Assembly: GCA_018672055.1 (NCBI GenBank)
Contig: JABHGM010000001.1
Location: forward strand, 432,679 to 496,678
Origin: a bacterium
Lineage (GTDB): Bacteria > Patescibacteriota > Patescibacteriia > UBA1558 > UBA10009
Direction: 5' to 3'
DNA: 64,000 bases
Within the stretch, counting starts at the first letter, position 1, and every line of letters begins with the position of its first letter. Shown in pieces: positions 8,930 to 19,209 of the stretch. The translations under genes and the position numbers were made by a program. A model generated the notes under the pieces. It did not search any database. It was not told the DNA's origin and saw only the letters and a list, made by a program, of their open reading frames with translations.

Positions 8930-11596
8930 ATGAAAGAAATCCTTTGGCATAATTTAACAAGTGAAGAAGCCTTAAATAAGTTAAAAGGTAATGTTTTAGG
9001 TTTAACCAGTGAAGATGCTAAAAGATTAAAAGTAAGGTATGGATTAAATTCATTACCTAGTAAACATAAGCTTACTAAAATTGAAATAGTTATAAACCAG
9101 TTTAAGAGCGTTTTAGCTTACGTTTTAATTATTGCTGGTTTTTTAAGTTTCATGCTTGGTGAGATAATTGATGCTTCTGTCATATTTACTGCAGTTTTAA
9201 TTAATGTAATTGTTGGTTTTATTCAAGAGAATAAGGCTCAGAATGCTTTAGAAAAACTTAGAAAATTAGTTAATCCAGAAGTTAAAGTTTTGCGTGATAA
9301 TACAGCTCAGATTATATTAGCTAAAGATTTAGTTCCTGGCGATGTTATACTATTAGAAGCAGGTGATAAGGTATCAGCTGATGCTAGGTTACTTGAAGTA
9401 CAAGATATTACAACAATGGAGGCAGCCTTAACTGGTGAACCTGAAACAATTACTAAAAGTATTGATGTATTAGATAAAGGTAAGGTATTAGCCGAGAGAA
9501 GTAATATGGTATTTCAAGGTACTACTATTACTGAAGGACGAGGGCAAGCTTTAGTTGTAGCTACTGGAATAAATACAGAGCTTGGCAAGATAGCTAAGTT
9601 AGTTAAAGATACTAAAGAAGAAGATACTCCGTTACAAAAAAAGTTAAATGTATTTAGTCGTCATTTAAGTCTTACTATACTTGGTTTAAGTATAGTTCTT
9701 TTTGGTTTTGGTATTTTAAGAGGTAATAGTATATTAATCATGTTTAATACCGCAGTGGCTGTAGCAGTCGCTGCTATTCCTGAAGGCTTAGTTGTAGCTG
9801 TTACTGTTATTTTAGCCATTGGTATGCAAAAGATATTAAGGAAAAGAGCTTTAGTTAGAAAATTAGTAGCTGCTGAGACATTAGGTTCAACTACTGTAAT
9901 TTGTACTGATAAGACAGGTACTTTAACTGTTGGTGAAATGAGAGTTGCTAGAATAGTAACTAACTCATATGATTGTAATTTATCTACAGATTTACCTAAG
10001 TTAACAAAAGCTGGTAAAAGTGAAATATATAATTTAGTTAAGATTGGCGTGCTATGTAATGATGCTGTAGTCCAGGAAGAAGGTCAGGAACTAAGAGATT
10101 ATAAGGTTCTAGGTTCAGGCACTGAAAAAGCTTTACTTTTAGCAGGTGTTCAACTTGGTTTAAAGAAGAATGAGCTTGAAAAGAAATACTTAAGAATTGA
10201 TGAAATATTATTTGATTCTTCTAAAAAGTATATGGCTACATTAAATAATGAAGAAGCAGGTAAGAAGAATATATACTTTAAAGGAGCTCCAGAATTACTT
10301 TTAGCAGCAGCTAGCCATGTTCAAGTAAATGACAGGAATGAAAAGTTAACTCAGGGTATGAGGAGAGAGTTAGAAAAAAAATATGAAAATTTAAGTAAAT
10401 CAGGATTAAGAGTATTAGGTTTTGGATACAGAGAAGTTAGAAAAGATACTACTACAATTAAATTATATGAAAAAGCTTTAGAAAAGATAGTTTTAGTTGG
10501 TTTTGTAGGCATTAATGATCCATTAAGACCTGATGTTAAAGCAGCTTTAGAAGCTACAAAAAAAGCTGGGCTTAAAACGGTTATTATAACAGGTGATAAT
10601 AAATTAACTGCCAAAGCTATTGCTCAAGAATTAGATATAAATGTTGATGATGAAAGTATTTTAGAAGGTAGTCAGCTGGCTAAGATGGATGATCAACAAT
10701 TACTTGAAAAAGTAAGGAGTATTAAAATATATGCCAGAGTAACACCTGAAGATAAGTTAAGAATTGTTAATGCTTGGCAAGCTAGTGGTGAAGTTGTAGC
10801 AATGACAGGTGATGGTATAAATGATGCTCCTGCCTTAAAAAAAGCAGATATTGGTATAGCCCTTGGTTCTGGTACTGATGTTGCTAAAGGTGCTGCTAGT
10901 TTAATATTATTAGATAATAATTTTCAAGTAATTAATAATGCTATAGAACAAGGTAGAGTTATCTATGATAATATTAAAAAAGTAATCTTATATTTACTTT
11001 CTGATAGTTTTTCTGAAATTGTTATAATCTTTGGTAGTTTGTTTATGGGTTTGCCTATACCTCTGGTACCAGCTCAAATCTTATGGATTAACTTAGTAAC
11101 TGATGGTTTTCCAGATATGGCTTTAACAATAGAACCTGGAGAGAAAGAAGTAATGAAAGAAATGCCTCAAGAAAGAAATAAACCAATATTGGATGCGGAA
11201 AGAAAGTTACTTATATTGGTAATAAGTATAGTTACTGGAGTTACTTCACTGGCCTTATTCTATTATTATGTAAAGGTTGTAGGTGATATTGAATTAGGAC
11301 GTACTGTTGTTTTCGCAACTTTAGGTATTGATTCTTTACTATATGTGTTTAGTTGTAGAACGCTTAGACATTCAATATTTCATTCACATTTTTTTAAGAA
11401 TCCATATCTTTTAATAGCGGTAGGCTTTGGTGCTATATTACAAGTAGCCGCTATCTATGTACCATTTTTGCAAAAAGTTTTAAAGACTGTATCACTTGGC
11501 CTTTATGAGTGGGGTATTGTTTTATCTGTTTCCTTTACAGTTATTATAATAATTGAGATAATAAAGTGGATTTATATTGTAAGACATAAAAATTAA
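8930..11596 (+). CDS. Cation-transporting P-type ATPase (P2A/Ca2+-like)
   Basis: LTGEP, PEGL, DKTGTLT, KGAPE, TGDGINDAPALKKAD, QILWINLVTD. Confidence 0.95.
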   Translation: MKEILWHNLTSEEALNKLKGNVLGLTSEDAKRLKVRYGLNSLPSKHKLTKIEIVINQFKSVLAYVLIIAGFLSFMLGEIIDASVIFTAVLINVIVGFIQENKAQNALEKLRKLVNPEVKVLRDNTAQIILAKDLVPGDVILLEAGDKVSADARLLEVQDITTMEAALTGEPETITKSIDVLDKGKVLAERSNMVFQGTTITEGRGQALVVATGINTELGKIAKLVKDTKEEDTPLQKKLNVFSRHLSLTILGLSIVLFGFGILRGNSILIMFNTAVAVAVAAIPEGLVVAVTVILAIGMQKILRKRALVRKLVAAETLGSTTVICTDKTGTLTVGEMRVARIVTNSYDCNLSTDLPKLTKAGKSEIYNLVKIGVLCNDAVVQEEGQELRDYKVLGSGTEKALLLAGVQLGLKKNELEKKYLRIDEILFDSSKKYMATLNNEEAGKKNIYFKGAPELLLAAASHVQVNDRNEKLTQGMRRELEKKYENLSKSGLRVLGFGYREVRKDTTTIKLYEKALEKIVLVGFVGINDPLRPDVKAALEATKKAGLKTVIITGDNKLTAKAIAQELDINVDDESILEGSQLAKMDDQQLLEKVRSIKIYARVTPEDKLRIVNAWQASGEVVAMTGDGINDAPALKKADIGIALGSGTDVAKGAASLILLDNNFQVINNAIEQGRVIYDNIKKVILYLLSDSFSEIVIIFGSLFMGLPIPLVPAQILWINLVTDGFPDMALTIEPGEKEVMKEMPQERNKPILDAERKLLILVISIVTGVTSLALFYYYVKVVGDIELGRTVVFATLGIDSLLYVFSCRTLRHSIFHSHFFKNPYLLIAVGFGAILQVAAIYVPFLQKVLKTVSLGLYEWGIVLSVSFTVIIIIEIIKWIYIVRHKN

Positions 11597-11616
11597 TTAT
11601 TAATTAATAAATATAT

Positions 11617-14001
11617 ATGAAATCTAAATCAAAAAAGTACATTCTCTGGTTTAATGAACTTGGTATAAAAGACATACCTTATGTTGGGGGAAAAAATGCA
11701 TCACTTGGTGAAATGTATTCAAAACTTGTTAAAAAAGGTGTTTTAGTACCAAATGGTTTTGCAGTAACTGCTTTTGCTTATCGTACCTTTATGAAAAAAA
11801 CAGGCACTGATAAAAAGATTAAAGAGCTATTAAAAGGTTTAGATACTCATAATATTCGTGATTTAATGACACGTGGTTCTAAAGTAAGACAAGCTATTTT
11901 AAAACAAGAGCTACCTAAAGACTTAGAAGAAGAAATAGTTATAGCATATAATAAGTTATCTAAGAGTTTTAAGAAAGTCAATGTAGATGTAGCTGTTAGA
12001 TCTTCAGCCACTGCTGAAGATTTGCCTGATGCTTCATTTGCTGGTCAACAAGAAACATATTTAAATATAACTGGACCTGATGATTTACTTAAGGCTGTTA
12101 AAGAGTGTATAGCTTCATTATTTACTAACAGAGCAATTAGTTATAGGGAAGATAAAGGATTTGATCATTTTGAAATTGCTTTATCTGTTTCAATTCAAAA
12201 AATGGTTAGATCAGATTTATCTTCATCTGGTGTTATGTTTTCTATTCATACTGAATCTGGTTTTCCTGATGTAGTACTTATTAATTCAAGTTATGGTTTA
12301 GGTGAATATATTGTAAAAGGCGTAGTAACGCCTGATGAAATATTAGTATTTAAACCAACCATGGCTATTATTAGTAAAGCTATTGGTCCTAAAAAATCAA
12401 AATTAATATATGGTAAGGGCGGTGAAGACACTAAAGATGCTAAAGTTAGTTTAAAAGATAGAAATAAGTTTTCTATTTCTGATAAAGAAATATTAAAATT
12501 AGCTAAATGGGCTATGATTGTGGCTGATCATTACAAAAAACCTATGGATATGGAATGGGCTAAAGATGGACGAGATAATAAGCTATATTTAGTCCAAGCT
12601 AGACCAGAGACCGTAGAATCACAAAAAGATAAAAATGTTATTGAAGAATATAAGCTAAAAGGTAAAGGCAAAGTATTAGTAGAAGGTGCTGCTGTTGGTA
12701 AAAAGATAGGTGCCGGTAAAGTTAATGTTATAAAAAGTATTTCTCAAATTGATAAATTTAAAGATGGTCAAGTTCTAGTTACAGAAATGACAGATCCTGA
12801 TTGGGAACCTATCATGAAAAAGGCAGCGGCTATTGTAACTGATGCAGGTGGTAGGACTTGTCATGCAGCTATTGTTTCACGTGAACTTGGTATTCCTTGT
12901 ATTGTAGGTACTAGTAATGCAACTGAGAAGCTAAAAAATAATATGTCTGTTACTATTGATGATACTAAAGGTGAAGTAGGTTTTGTTTATCAAGGTTTAA
13001 TTCCTTTTAAAATAGATATTACTAATATTAAGAATTTTAAAAAGCCTAAAACTCCAGTTATGATGAACGTGGGTAATCCAGAAACAGCTTTTAATGCCAG
13101 CTTTATACCTAATGAAGGAATAGGCTTGGCACGTGAAGAATTTATCATTGCTACATATATTAAAATACATCCTCTGGCTTTAATAAATTACAATAAATTA
13201 AAAGATAAGAAGGTTAAAAATCAAATTGATAGGTTAACTGTTGGTTATCCAAATAAAACTCAATTCTATATCGATAAGCTAGCAGAAGGTATAGCTCGTA
13301 TAGTAGCCTCTACTTATCCTAAAGATGCTATTGTAAGATTATCTGACTTTAAATCTAATGAATATGCTAATTTAATAGGTGGTAAAGAGTTTGAACCAAT
13401 TGAAGATAATCCTATGATTGGTTGGCGTGGAGCATCTAGATATTATAGTAAAGAATATATTGAAGCTTTTAAACTTGAATGTAAGGCTTTAGTAAAGGTA
13501 AGAGAAAAGTTTGGTTTAACTAATATGAAAATAATGGTACCGTTTTGTAGAACCGTTGAAGAAGGTAAGAAAGTTCTTAAAATACTAGCTGATAATGGAT
13601 TAAAGAGAGGCGTCAAAGGTTTAGAAATATATGTTATGTGCGAAATACCTTCTAATGTAATATTAGCTGATGAATTTTGTAAAATATTTGATGGCTTTTC
13701 AATAGGTACTAATGATTTAACGCAATTAGCTTTAGGTGTTGATCGTGACTCAGAACTTGTAGCTCATGTATATGATGAAAGAAATATGGCTGTTAAAACA
13801 TTAGTTGAGCAGGTTATTAAAATAGCTCACGCTCATAAGCCTAGAAGAAAAGTAGGTATTTGTGGTCAGGCTCCTTCTGATTTCCCTGAATTTGCTCAGT
13901 TTTTAGTAAGAGCTGGTATTGATACAATATCTTTGATTCCAGATACAGTTATTCCAACAAGTATCAAAATATTGCAAGAAGAAAAGAAAAAAAGAAAATA
14001 A
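11617..14001 (+). CDS. ppsA: Phosphoenolpyruvate synthase (pyruvate, water dikinase)
   Basis: VGGKNASLGEM, AVRSSATAEDLPDASFAGQQET, GGRTCHAAIVSRE, GFSIGTNDLTQ. Confidence 0.98.
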   Translation: MKSKSKKYILWFNELGIKDIPYVGGKNASLGEMYSKLVKKGVLVPNGFAVTAFAYRTFMKKTGTDKKIKELLKGLDTHNIRDLMTRGSKVRQAILKQELPKDLEEEIVIAYNKLSKSFKKVNVDVAVRSSATAEDLPDASFAGQQETYLNITGPDDLLKAVKECIASLFTNRAISYREDKGFDHFEIALSVSIQKMVRSDLSSSGVMFSIHTESGFPDVVLINSSYGLGEYIVKGVVTPDEILVFKPTMAIISKAIGPKKSKLIYGKGGEDTKDAKVSLKDRNKFSISDKEILKLAKWAMIVADHYKKPMDMEWAKDGRDNKLYLVQARPETVESQKDKNVIEEYKLKGKGKVLVEGAAVGKKIGAGKVNVIKSISQIDKFKDGQVLVTEMTDPDWEPIMKKAAAIVTDAGGRTCHAAIVSRELGIPCIVGTSNATEKLKNNMSVTIDDTKGEVGFVYQGLIPFKIDITNIKNFKKPKTPVMMNVGNPETAFNASFIPNEGIGLAREEFIIATYIKIHPLALINYNKLKDKKVKNQIDRLTVGYPNKTQFYIDKLAEGIARIVASTYPKDAIVRLSDFKSNEYANLIGGKEFEPIEDNPMIGWRGASRYYSKEYIEAFKLECKALVKVREKFGLTNMKIMVPFCRTVEEGKKVLKILADNGLKRGVKGLEIYVMCEIPSNVILADEFCKIFDGFSIGTNDLTQLALGVDRDSELVAHVYDERNMAVKTLVEQVIKIAHAHKPRRKVGICGQAPSDFPEFAQFLVRAGIDTISLIPDTVIPTSIKILQEEKKKRK

Positions 14002-14010
14002 TAGTATAAT

Positions 14011-14049
14011 TACAAAAAGCTTGACATTTTAGTCAGGCTTTTGTAGTAT
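14011..14049 (+). terminator. ppsA terminator hairpin that also contains the promoter of the next gene
   Basis: ACAAAAAGCTTGAC-ATTTTA-GTCAGGCTTTTGT; TTGACA(14021)-17-TAGTAT. Confidence 0.6.
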
Positions 14050-14094
14050 ATATAATTATGTTCTAGTTATTAAATCAAAATAGGAGAAGGTTAG

Positions 14095-14436
14095 ATGATA
14101 CCAGTAAATGGATTTGATATTATAATGATTGATGATCCTGATATATTGATTAAGGTGTTAGAGGATAGAATCATTAGCCAGGAATTTAAAGTGATTGTAC
14201 CAGATCTGCTGTTACAAAATATTAATGAAGAAATTAGCAGGGGAAAGACTAATGTTATAGAGATAAAGAAATTATCTGTAATTATTGATCCACTTATTAT
14301 TTTGGACAGAAAGATTAAAATGGGTATTTGTGAAGATAAACCTGGTTCAGTTCCTCCACATAGCACAACAAGAGCTAGTAGTATAATTAATGGCTCTAAA
14401 ACACAAATCTTTCAATGTAGAAATCGAAAGATGTAA
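14095..14436 (+). CDS. Hypothetical protein (orphan cassette)
   Basis: 113-aa ORF with AGGAG SD, own promoter and downstream terminator. Confidence 0.55.
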   Translation: MIPVNGFDIIMIDDPDILIKVLEDRIISQEFKVIVPDLLLQNINEEISRGKTNVIEIKKLSVIIDPLIILDRKIKMGICEDKPGSVPPHSTTRASSIINGSKTQIFQCRNRKM

Positions 14437-14464
14437 AATTTAGTTAAAATATTTATTAAATTTT

Positions 14465-14492
14465 AAAGGCTCTTAAACTAAGAGCCTTTTTT
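14465..14492. terminator. Bidirectional terminator
   Basis: AAAGGCTCTTA-AAC-TAAGAGCCTTTTTT. Confidence 0.8.
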
Positions 14493-15318
14493 AAATAAAT
14501 AAATAGAGGAAGTAAAATGCAATTATATAGAAGCAGAAGTAAATAATTTTAAAAAATATTGAAGCCAATTTTTCATTAGGCTTAATTAGTATTATTAAAT
14601 AAAGAGTTATACAAAGTAATAAGTAATAATTTATTAATTGTGTATTAAAATTAGCAAATATATATACAAGTATAGTTATTATTAAGCTAACTAAAGCAGC
14701 TATTCGTTTACCATATAATACACTAAAAGTTTTATCACCTGCTTTTTTATCAGGTGTATAATCCATAATTGTGCTAAAGATAAAAAAAGCAGCTAAGCAA
14801 AGAGCAGCTACATATATTTTGTAATCAAAATCAAATATTGAAGATCCGAAACTATATCCTAGAAAAGCGGGAGGTATTATATATATAAATATATTTGCTA
14901 AAGAATCAAGTGGTGGTCTTTCTTTGAATCTGATTGGTGGTGCTGAATAAAAATAGATAAAGAATAATAAGACAATCATGGATATAATATTCTCTATATT
15001 TAAAGTAATTATTGAACTTATAATTAAAATAGCTATTAAAATATATGATACTGTTTTTATTCTTTTATGATTTTCTTGTTTTAAGACAATACCATTAACT
15101 AATCTTTTTCTTGGATTAATTTGATCTGATTCAAAATCGTAAATATCATTAATTCCATATATTATGAGGCTAAGAGGGAATGATAATAATATTAGTTGTA
15201 TTATAGAAATATAATTTAAATCAGCTCCTGAATAAAATAAGCAAACCGTGAAAATTAGTGGTTGAATCAACCAGTAAATAGGTCTGCTTGTTTTTATAAG
15301 TAGGATTAAGTTATACAT
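14491..15318 (-). CDS. UbiA-family prenyltransferase
   Basis: SRP, NDIYDFESD..NPRK, YSAPPIRFK, D...D...G motifs; multiple TM helices. Confidence 0.88.
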   Translation of the reverse strand: MYNLILLIKTSRPIYWLIQPLIFTVCLFYSGADLNYISIIQLILLSFPLSLIIYGINDIYDFESDQINPRKRLVNGIVLKQENHKRIKTVSYILIAILIISSIITLNIENIISMIVLLFFIYFYSAPPIRFKERPPLDSLANIFIYIIPPAFLGYSFGSSIFDFDYKIYVAALCLAAFFIFSTIMDYTPDKKAGDKTFSVLYGKRIAALVSLIITILVYIFANFNTQLINYYLLLCITLYLIILIKPNEKLASIFFKIIYFCFYIIAFYFLYLFI

Positions 15319-15759
15319 TTAGATAATATAATAAATACCAAAAAGAACAACTGTAAAGGCAAGTTCAATATATGAGAAATAACCAAAAGGTCCTTTGATA
15401 TTTATTTTTTTACTTGGATATAATATATATAAATCTTCATCATCTAGACAATCTAGTACTAAATGAAAGAAGTAACTTATTGCTACCACCGTACCAATTA
15501 CTGGATTTATTAAATATGAAATAATGCTAATACCTAAAAAAACAAATACATTATGAAGATAGGTTCTAGCCGAACCTTGAGGATTATTTGATGATAAGAC
15601 AACATGTTTGAATGTTTTCCATTTAGTAAATATACCTTGCTTATATAACGGCACAAAGTGATCTATGTCTATAATTAATGAGGCAATTATAGCTGTAGTA
15701 TAATCACCAGTTATTTTCCCAATTATTAAACCTGAGGCTAAATGAGCTGTACTGAACAT
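15319..15759 (-). CDS. YdjM-like membrane metal-dependent hydrolase
   Basis: H near N-terminus, IDIDH, R.YLHN, HLVLD motifs. Confidence 0.75.
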   Translation of the reverse strand: MFSTAHLASGLIIGKITGDYTTAIIASLIIDIDHFVPLYKQGIFTKWKTFKHVVLSSNNPQGSARTYLHNVFVFLGISIISYLINPVIGTVVAISYFFHLVLDCLDDEDLYILYPSKKINIKGPFGYFSYIELAFTVVLFGIYYII

Positions 15760-15858
15760 ATATTACATATTATTAATTATTATGCCATAATATTAACAGA
15801 TTATCATATATTTGACCATAAGGAGTATTTTAGCTATTATTATTACGCTACTACTTGC

Positions 15859-15950
15859 GGAGGGGTCGCATAGTGGCCTAGTGCGCCTGCTTGGAAAGCA
15901 GGTAGACCCGTTAAAAGGTCTCGAGGGTTCGAATCCCTCCCTCTCCGCCA
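15859..15950 (+). tRNA. tRNA-Ser(GGA)
   Basis: GGAGGGG/CCTCTCC-GCCA acceptor, CCTGC-TTGGAAA-GCAGG anticodon arm, long variable arm; TTGACC-17-TATTAT promoter at 15812-15840. Confidence 0.95.
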
Positions 15951-15965
15951 TATATTTTAATACTT

Positions 15966-17732
15966 ATGAGTTCAATTGAAGAAATAAAGCAAAAATTAGA
16001 TATTGTTGATTTAATTCAAGAATATATTAAGACTCAGCCAGCTGGTATGAATTTTAGAGCGCTTTGTCCATTTCATAATGAAAAGACGCCTTCTTTTGTT
16101 ATTTCTCCAGATAAGCAGATTTGGCATTGTTTTGGCTGCTCAGCAGGTGGTGATGTATTCGAATTTGTTAAACGTATTGAAGGTGTTGAATTTCCTGAGG
16201 CTCTAAGAATTTTAGCTAAAAGAGCTAATGTAAAATTAGAGTATAAGAATCCAGAATTACATAATCAAAAAACTCGATTACTTGATTTACTTAAAGAATT
16301 AACAAATTATTATCATCAAACATTATTAAATGATGATGATGCTAAATTTGTTAGAGAATATTTAAAAAAGAGAGATTTATCAGATGAAACAATTAATACA
16401 TATCAATTAGGTTATGCTAAAGATAGTTGGCAAGATGCTATTAATCATCTTTTAAGCAAAAAGTATTCTCTTCGTGAAATAGAACAAGCTGGAGTAAGTA
16501 AAACGGGGGATAAGAATAAAGCATATGATAGATTAAGAAATAGATTAATATTTCCAATTCGTGATATTCATGGTAACGTCGCAGGTTTTACTGGAAGAAT
16601 AATGGCTACTGAATTTGATGGAGGTAAATATATTAATTCACCAACTTCACCGATATATAATAAGAGTGATATATTATATAATCTAGATTTAGCTAAACAA
16701 GAAATACGTAAAAAAGATTATGCAATTTTAGTAGAAGGTAATGTTGATGCTATTTCTTCATATCAAGCTGGTACTACTAATGTTATAGCTGTTTCTGGAA
16801 CTTCGCTTACTGACAATCAAATTAAATTACTTAAACGTTTTACTCAGAATGTTATGATTGCCTTTGATGCTGATGTAGCAGGAACACAAGCTAATCTTCG
16901 TGGTATTGATTTAATGTGGCAAGCTGGTTTAAATGTTAAAGTAGTTCATTTACCAGAAGATTTAGATCCTGATGATTTAATAAGGAGTGATCTTAGTAAA
17001 TGGAAAGAGTTACTTAGAACAGCTGAGAACTTTATGGATTACATTTTTAAAGTAACTTTAGATGAATTAGATATATCAAGAATAGATCATAAGAAAAAAG
17101 CAGCAGCTAAATTACTTAAAGTAATTTCAAAGCTTGGTGATCCAGTAGAACAGTCACACTATTTAAAGAAATTATCTGGTATATTAAATGTTTCAGAAGA
17201 TGCTTTAACCAAAAAGATTGAGCAACTAAAATCAAAGATAAAGCCTAAAAAAGAAGAAGTATCTGCTGAAGAACCAAAAGTACCCATTTCTCAAGAGCAG
17301 TCTGTAGCTGAAAGTTTACTAGCTTTACTTATTAAATACCCTGAAAATATTAAAGAAATAGAAAGTAAGTTAAAAGCAGAAGAAATACCTTATTTACCAG
17401 TTCAGAAGCTTTACAAAGACCTCATAATCTATTATAATAACAAGCATAATTTTGAATTTAAAGAATTTAGGACCAGTTTAGAAGAAAAAGAAAAAGATTA
17501 TTTAAATCAACTATCATTATTAGCTGATGAAGAAGTCTTGGAAGAAACAAGTCATGAGATAGATCGTGAAATAGTTCAGCTTACTAAACGTCTTAAAGAA
17601 TCATATATAAAAAATAGATTAAGACAACTAGAAATTGAGATAAAAAAAGCTCAGGATAAGAATGATAAGGATGAAGTAAATAAGTTATCTCAAGATTTTA
17701 ATAATTTTACAGATCAGTTAAAAGATTTTTAA
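15966..17732 (+). CDS. dnaG: DNA primase
   Basis: CPFHNEKTPSF...HCFGC zinc finger, RLIFPI, KYINSP, VEG, AFDAD.AG. Confidence 0.98.
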   Translation: MSSIEEIKQKLDIVDLIQEYIKTQPAGMNFRALCPFHNEKTPSFVISPDKQIWHCFGCSAGGDVFEFVKRIEGVEFPEALRILAKRANVKLEYKNPELHNQKTRLLDLLKELTNYYHQTLLNDDDAKFVREYLKKRDLSDETINTYQLGYAKDSWQDAINHLLSKKYSLREIEQAGVSKTGDKNKAYDRLRNRLIFPIRDIHGNVAGFTGRIMATEFDGGKYINSPTSPIYNKSDILYNLDLAKQEIRKKDYAILVEGNVDAISSYQAGTTNVIAVSGTSLTDNQIKLLKRFTQNVMIAFDADVAGTQANLRGIDLMWQAGLNVKVVHLPEDLDPDDLIRSDLSKWKELLRTAENFMDYIFKVTLDELDISRIDHKKKAAAKLLKVISKLGDPVEQSHYLKKLSGILNVSEDALTKKIEQLKSKIKPKKEEVSAEEPKVPISQEQSVAESLLALLIKYPENIKEIESKLKAEEIPYLPVQKLYKDLIIYYNNKHNFEFKEFRTSLEEKEKDYLNQLSLLADEEVLEETSHEIDREIVQLTKRLKESYIKNRLRQLEIEIKKAQDKNDKDEVNKLSQDFNNFTDQLKDF

Positions 17733-17735
17733 AAT

Positions 17736-19085
17736 ATGTCAGTAAAAAAGAAAATTACAAAAAAAGCTAAGCCTAAGAAAAAACCTGTAAAGAAAGCTAA
17801 ACCTAAAAAGAAAGTAACTAAGAAAAAACCAGCTAAGAAAAAGGCACCTGCTAAAAAAGCTAAGCCTAAGAAAAAACCAGCTAAGAAAAAGGCACCTGCT
17901 AAAAAAGCTAAGCCTAAGAAAAAACCAGCTAAGAAAAAGGCACCTGCTAAAAAAGCTGTTCGTAAACCTAGAGCTAAAAAGGAAAAGCCTTACGTAATTA
18001 CAATCCCTACAGAAGAAGAGATAGATAATTTAGTTCAAAAAGGTAGATTAAGAAGCTTTATTACAGAAGAAGAGGTTCTTTTTACTTTTGCTGATGTTGA
18101 AGAATATATTGAGATATTTGAAGATTTTTTAGAAGAAGTAGATCATAATGGAGTCGAAGTGGTAACTCAGGATACAGGATATTTAGGAGATTTTAGTTTA
18201 GAGGAAGATGCAGAAAAAGATAGAATTGCTGATGAACTTAAGAAAATAGATATTGCTGAGATTTCATCTGATTCAATTCAAATGTATTTGAAAGAGATTG
18301 GTAAAGTACCACTACTTAAGAGTGATCAAGAAGTATCTCTTGCCAAGCGTAATGAAAAAGGTGAAGTAGAAGCTCGTAGATTATTAATTGTATCTAATTT
18401 AAGATTAGTAGTTTCCATTGCTAAGAAATTTACTGGACGTTCATTATCTTTACTTGATCTAATTCAAGAAGGTAATATTGGATTATTTAGAGCTGTTGAG
18501 AAATTTGATTATAGGAAGGGCTATAAGTTTTCTACTTATGCTACTTGGTGGATTAGACAAGCTATAACTAGAGCTTTAGCTGATCAATCTAGAACTATTA
18601 GGGTACCAGTTCATATGGTAGAAACTATTAATAGATTTAAACAAGTTGAAAGAAGATTAATTCAAGATTTAGGCAGAGAACCATTACCTGAAGAAATAGC
18701 TGCAGAAATGAATGAAGAGCTTGACAAAGTTAGAAATATCATTAAAATATCACAAGAAACAGTATCTTTGGAAACTTCAGTAGGTGAAGATAGTGAAGAC
18801 TCTACTTTAGGTGATTTTATTGAAGATGATAAGACAATTACTCCAGATAGAGTAGCTGCACTTAGACTTCTTAAAGATCATGTAAAAGATATTATTTCAG
18901 AGCTAACGCCAAGAGAACAAAAGATACTTGAAATGAGATTTGGCTTGTCAGATGGTGTTGCCCATACTTTAGAAGAAGTAGGACAAGAATTTGGAGTAAC
19001 GCGTGAACGTATTAGACAAATAGAAGCTAAATCTTTAGAAAAAATGGCAGATCATAGCGATATGAAGAAATTAAAAGATTATTAA
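17736..19085 (+). CDS. rpoD: Primary sigma factor with a Lys/Ala/Pro-rich N-terminal extension
   Basis: [49 protein letters not shown]. Confidence 0.98.
   Translation: MSVKKKITKKAKPKKKPVKKAKPKKKVTKKKPAKKKAPAKKAKPKKKPAKKKAPAKKAKPKKKPAKKKAPAKKAVRKPRAKKEKPYVITIPTEEEIDNLVQKGRLRSFITEEEVLFTFADVEEYIEIFEDFLEEVDHNGVEVVTQDTGYLGDFSLEEDAEKDRIADELKKIDIAEISSDSIQMYLKEIGKVPLLKSDQEVSLAKRNEKGEVEARRLLIVSNLRLVVSIAKKFTGRSLSLLDLIQEGNIGLFRAVEKFDYRKGYKFSTYATWWIRQAITRALADQSRTIRVPVHMVETINRFKQVERRLIQDLGREPLPEEIAAEMNEELDKVRNIIKISQETVSLETSVGEDSEDSTLGDFIEDDKTITPDRVAALRLLKDHVKDIISELTPREQKILEMRFGLSDGVAHTLEEVGQEFGVTRERIRQIEAKSLEKMADHSDMKKLKDY
17818..17957 (+). repeat. 48-bp perfect tandem repeat x2.9 ([16 protein letters not shown]) in rpoD
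   Basis: Unit ctaagaaaaaaccagctaagaaaaaggcacctgctaaaaaagctaagc at 17818, 17866 and (partial) 17914. Confidence 0.92.
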
Positions 19086-19160
19086 TCCGGGGTAGCTCAG
19101 TGGTAGAGCAATTGACTGTTAATCAATGGGTCGCAGGTTCGAATCCTGTCCCCGGAGCCA
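19086..19160 (+). tRNA. tRNA-Asn(GUU)
   Basis: TCCGGGG/CCCCGGA-GCCA acceptor, ATTGA-CTGTTAA-TCAAT anticodon arm. Confidence 0.96.
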
Positions 19161-19209
19161 ACTTAAAATCAGCTATTAAATTAGGTGGTTTTTTGATATA
19201 CTGATTTAT

